A stretch of DNA of 19,333 nucleotides. It comes from Eledone cirrhosa. Lineage: Eukaryota. Every line of letters starts with the position of its first letter. Position 1 is the first letter of the stretch. Shown here piece after piece: positions 15,196 to 19,333 of the stretch. Under the pieces are notes generated by a model. It made no database searches and had not been told where the DNA came from. It worked only from the letters and a program-made list of their open reading frames with translations. The DNA lies in the NCBI GenBank assembly GCA_964016885.1, contig CAXHJY010001007.1, positions 1 to 19,333 on the forward strand. Direction: 5' to 3'. The position numbers and the translations under genes are program-made.

Positions 15196-18100
15196 TCAGG
15201 ATTTGGGCACCATGGCCCATTCGAGAAGAGAATTACTGTTTGCGGAGACATATCCGGGTGTGGGTGGTTTGTCCGGGATTACTTGGAGGAATTTGTCCAA
15301 AGACTTCTTGAATTTTGTGTGGTCAGTTTCTGTTTTGACGTGTCCTGGTGTGATGTTGAAGAGAGCAGGGCCGATTGAGGTGAAATAATTGTGCCGTATT
15401 GTTGTTATGAGTTGCGATTTAGATTTTTGAATGGGACGGATAGCACGGGGCCCAAGCCTTGGGTGTATCTTGAAGGCGATGCCAACATCATTTGGGCAGT
15501 GATGATGGAACATTTTCCACATCATGCAGATAATATAACGCTCACGGCGACGTTGGAGTGAGTAAAGTTTCAGGTTTTCCAATCGACCCCAGTAGTCAAG
15601 GTCTGACATGCCATCTATCTTTTTCGTGATTGCCCTTTGAGGAGCTTCAAGTTTCATGATACTTTGTTTCGTGTGGGGAGACCACAGTGGACAACAGTAT
15701 TCAAGGTGTGGTCGGGCGAAAGTAGAGAAGAGAAGGATAATGGTGCGGGAATCTCTCGACTGGAAGGTTCTGAGGATCCAGGAACACATTCTGCGGGCCA
15801 TGTCAACTTTGCTGCTTATATGCGTGGTCCAGCTTATGTTGCTGTCCACGGTTACTCCCAAGTCTCTGATGTTGTTAGATGCCACGAGAGTTTCCCCGGA
15901 GGGAAGGGAGTACGGGAGTTTCAGAGCATCCTCTTTTCCAAAGTGGATCAGTTCGAATTTGTCTTCGTTCAGTAACATGTTGTTCTTTTCTGCCCATTGG
16001 GTAACAGCCAGTAGGTCTGACTGAAGGCTTATCCGGTCATCCACGCCATTGATGACCTTTTGGAGCTTGGAATCATCAGCGAAAATTTTAATGTTGCTGT
16101 GTTTGATGATGTCAGTGATGTCATTAATATAGATGATGAAGAGAAGTGGGCCCAACACAGTGCCTTGTGGGACTCCACTACTGACTTTGGCTGGGCTTGA
16201 TTTGACTCCCTCAACTACAACATGTTGGGTTCTGTTTGACAGGAAGCTGTTGATCCACTGCAGCAGCTTTCCAGTGACACCAATATTGGACAGCTTTCTC
16301 AGTAGAATGTTATGATCAACCCTGTCAAAGGCCTTGCTGAAATCAAGGTAGATAACATCAGTGTTGGAACCCTCTCCCAAGGCTCTCAAAATGTCATCAA
16401 AGTGATGCAGTAGTTGCGTCAGGCAATCCCTTCCATTACGGAATCCATGCTGGTTGGAGTTCAGCATATTGTTACTCTCAAGGAAGTGGGTCATTCGCGA
16501 TCTCACCACTCGCTCAAATACCTTAATGATATGAGAGGTGAGTGAGATTGGACGGTAATTCACGGCAAGGGATTTGTTTCCCTTTTTGAAAACTGGGACA
16601 ACAGACTGGGATAGAAGGTTTTCTGGCACATATCCAGCATCCAGTGAGTTCCGCCACAGATTGGCAAGAGGAGAAGCAAGTTGGTGTTGACACGCCTTCA
16701 AGACACAAGCAGGGAACCTATCGGGACCTACTGCTGAATTATGCTTGATTTCCTTTATTGCCGCCAAGACATCAGGGGCGCCAAACGTTATGTCCGATAA
16801 GGTGTAATGGGGAGTAACATCGCCGATACAGCCCAGATCGGCCATATCAGGATTGCTGAAAACAGAGCAGTATTGTTTCTGCAGTATCTCACCCATGGTT
16901 TTAGCATTGTCTTGAAGAGTGCCATTTTCATCAATTAGAGGGCCAACAGTAGAGCCAGTGATTTTGTGTTTTTTTGCAAATGAAAAGAACACTTTGGGAT
17001 TGAGTTTGATCTTCTCAATGGCCCAGGCCTCTTCAGCTCTTCTCTGATTGTTGATGAGGGACATTATGTTGTTTTGGAGGTTATGTTTTTTAATCTCTAG
17101 TGATGAAATGGCAGTCAAGTTGATGTGTTGCTGCTGACAGTATTTCAGCTTGTTGATTTTTTTGTTCGTTCTCTTAATTTTTCTGATGAGCGTTTTTCTA
17201 TTTCTAGGGATTCTGCTCTTAGATTTGTTTATAGTTCTTAATGGGGTGTGTTTAGCACATATGTTTGTAACAGTGTCCACAAATGTCTGCCAGGACTTTT
17301 TGATGTTAGTGGGTGTATGAGTGTGCGTGAAGGACCAGTCGACATGTGCAAGATCATGACTGATCGCTTCCCAGTTTGCATTGTGGAAATCCATAGCGTC
17401 AAACGGATGGACAGGAGAGATGACATTGGGTTTGTATATTGGACGGTGGAATCTCAGATCACAGAGAACCATGTCATGATCAGAGAGTAGAGTTTTCTCC
17501 ACTGCAATATTGTGGATATTGTCAGTGTGATTGCTGAAAATTAAGTCTAGGACGTTTTTGTGGCACCTCGTTGGTTCGAGCACTAGTTGGGATAGGAAGA
17601 AATCATCCATGAAGTCAAGAAGCGATTCCACAGCTTCCCTGTCAGAGGTTGAGGCAGAAGAACCTGGTGGCAGGGTGTTTGTGGACCAGTCAACTCCGGG
17701 GAGGTTGAAGTCCCCCATCATTAAGATGTTGTCAGGGTGACACTCTTGGATGAAACACTTTATGCTGTTGAGGCATTCCTTGAAGCATGGTACAGGCGTT
17801 TGGGGTGGCCTATAGAGCCCAACTACTAATAGGTTGTTGGTTTGACTGAATACAGTGACTGCCTCACAGTATCCATTAGTGAATATGTTCATAGCCTCTG
17901 TTGAGAAAGAATTATGGACATAAATGGCAGTTCCGCCCTTTCTTCTGCCAGCGCGATCAGCACGGATGGCTTTGAAATTTTTCACTTTCACCTCGGCTTC
18001 CAAGTGGAGGTTACTGAGATGGGTTTCAGTGAGGACGAAGAAAGGGATGTGGTTTGGATGGACATCAATCCAGTCCTCCAGGAATTTGATCTTCCATTTT

Positions 18101-18216
18101 TGAGTATTGGTGGAAGGGCTGATGCCTTGGGCGTTAAGCAAAAATGTAGAGGCGAGAGTGGATGGTTTTAATTGTTTTGGTGTGTTGTTAATTTGTTTGT
18201 TTGTTAATGGCAGCAA
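15196..18216 (-). CDS. LINE ORF2: apurinic-like endonuclease plus reverse transcriptase (CR1 group)
   Basis: APE motifs NAQG, LTETHL, YRPP, GDFNLP, LDLIFSN, SDHD. RT motifs YRPISLTS, QHGFR, YLDFSKAFD, SGVPQGTVLGPLLF, FADD. C-terminal SLQRRRERY. The frame is open upstream to 18333, with no ATG before the endonuclease domain. Confidence 0.95.
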   Translation of the reverse strand: MLPLTNKQINNTPKQLKPSTLASTFLLNAQGISPSTNTQKWKIKFLEDWIDVHPNHIPFFVLTETHLSNLHLEAEVKVKNFKAIRADRAGRRKGGTAIYVHNSFSTEAMNIFTNGYCEAVTVFSQTNNLLVVGLYRPPQTPVPCFKECLNSIKCFIQECHPDNILMMGDFNLPGVDWSTNTLPPGSSASTSDREAVESLLDFMDDFFLSQLVLEPTRCHKNVLDLIFSNHTDNIHNIAVEKTLLSDHDMVLCDLRFHRPIYKPNVISPVHPFDAMDFHNANWEAISHDLAHVDWSFTHTHTPTNIKKSWQTFVDTVTNICAKHTPLRTINKSKSRIPRNRKTLIRKIKRTNKKINKLKYCQQQHINLTAISSLEIKKHNLQNNIMSLINNQRRAEEAWAIEKIKLNPKVFFSFAKKHKITGSTVGPLIDENGTLQDNAKTMGEILQKQYCSVFSNPDMADLGCIGDVTPHYTLSDITFGAPDVLAAIKEIKHNSAVGPDRFPACVLKACQHQLASPLANLWRNSLDAGYVPENLLSQSVVPVFKKGNKSLAVNYRPISLTSHIIKVFERVVRSRMTHFLESNNMLNSNQHGFRNGRDCLTQLLHHFDDILRALGEGSNTDVIYLDFSKAFDRVDHNILLRKLSNIGVTGKLLQWINSFLSNRTQHVVVEGVKSSPAKVSSGVPQGTVLGPLLFIIYINDITDIIKHSNIKIFADDSKLQKVINGVDDRISLQSDLLAVTQWAEKNNMLLNEDKFELIHFGKEDALKLPYSLPSGETLVASNNIRDLGVTVDSNISWTTHISSKVDMARRMCSWILRTFQSRDSRTIILLFSTFARPHLEYCCPLWSPHTKQSIMKLEAPQRAITKKIDGMSDLDYWGRLENLKLYSLQRRRERYIICMMWKMFHHHCPNDVGIAFKIHPRLGPRAIRPIQKSKSQLITTIRHNYFTSIGPALFNITPGHVKTETDHTKFKKSLDKFLQVIPDKPPTPGYVSANSNSLLEWAMVPKS

Positions 18217-18371
18217 TGGGAGTTTGTGCAGTGGGGTGATAGTGGAGGGTGGTGCTGGGTGATAGCTCGAATGTTTTTTTCCAGTTCTTTTGCCAGATTC
18301 ATTATGGCTAAAAAAGAGGAAGAAGTTTCCTGTTTAGAAGACTGTTGGTGACTGTGGTAGTGGTTATTTTT
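18204..18371 (-). pseudogene. C-terminal remnant of LINE ORF1 overlapping ORF2
   Basis: Open frame [42 protein letters not shown]...CCH* overlaps ORF2 (which is in the -1 frame) and is truncated by the TA tract. No domain is recognisable. Confidence 0.5.

Positions 18372-19333
<962 letters not shown>

Larger units (their letters stand above)
15109..18371 (-). mobile_element. CR1-group non-LTR retrotransposon (LINE), 5'-truncated within ORF1
   Basis: Intact APE-RT ORF; short 3' UTR with GGCCA-ATAC-TGGCC hairpin (15136-15149) and (TTCAAAGTTA)2 tail; 5' end abuts a TA tract. Confidence 0.93.

Noticed and set aside
15203-18171. Antisense and alternate-frame ORFs within the LINE, and their copies at 18308-19093
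   Set aside because: Shadow ORFs of ORF2; those on the right simply run through TA repeat.

Overview
AT-rich eukaryotic intergenic or intronic DNA with no host gene evident. It is probably from an invertebrate, and the SINE remnants resemble cephalopod/Octopus repeats (from memory, unverified). About half the window is interrupted (TA)n microsatellite. The only real protein-coding sequence is an intact APE-endonuclease/reverse-transcriptase ORF2 of a CR1-group LINE (minus strand, 15196-18216, frame open to 18333). It faces, head-to-head across a ~500-bp TA tract, an apparently identical 5'-truncated second copy (18874 to window end). The non-TA islands are mostly small retroelement pieces carrying hammerhead-ribozyme motifs of the type found in Penelope-like element pseudo-LTRs (473-520, 2593-2630, 5574-5611/5684-5721, a 3' half at 13393-13421). 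They recur as asymmetric palindromes with both 3' tails pointing outward into TA, and the short arm ends at an internal AT/TA microhomology. One copy starts exactly at the predicted ribozyme cleavage site. The IY-rich ORFs are artefacts of the TA repeat.
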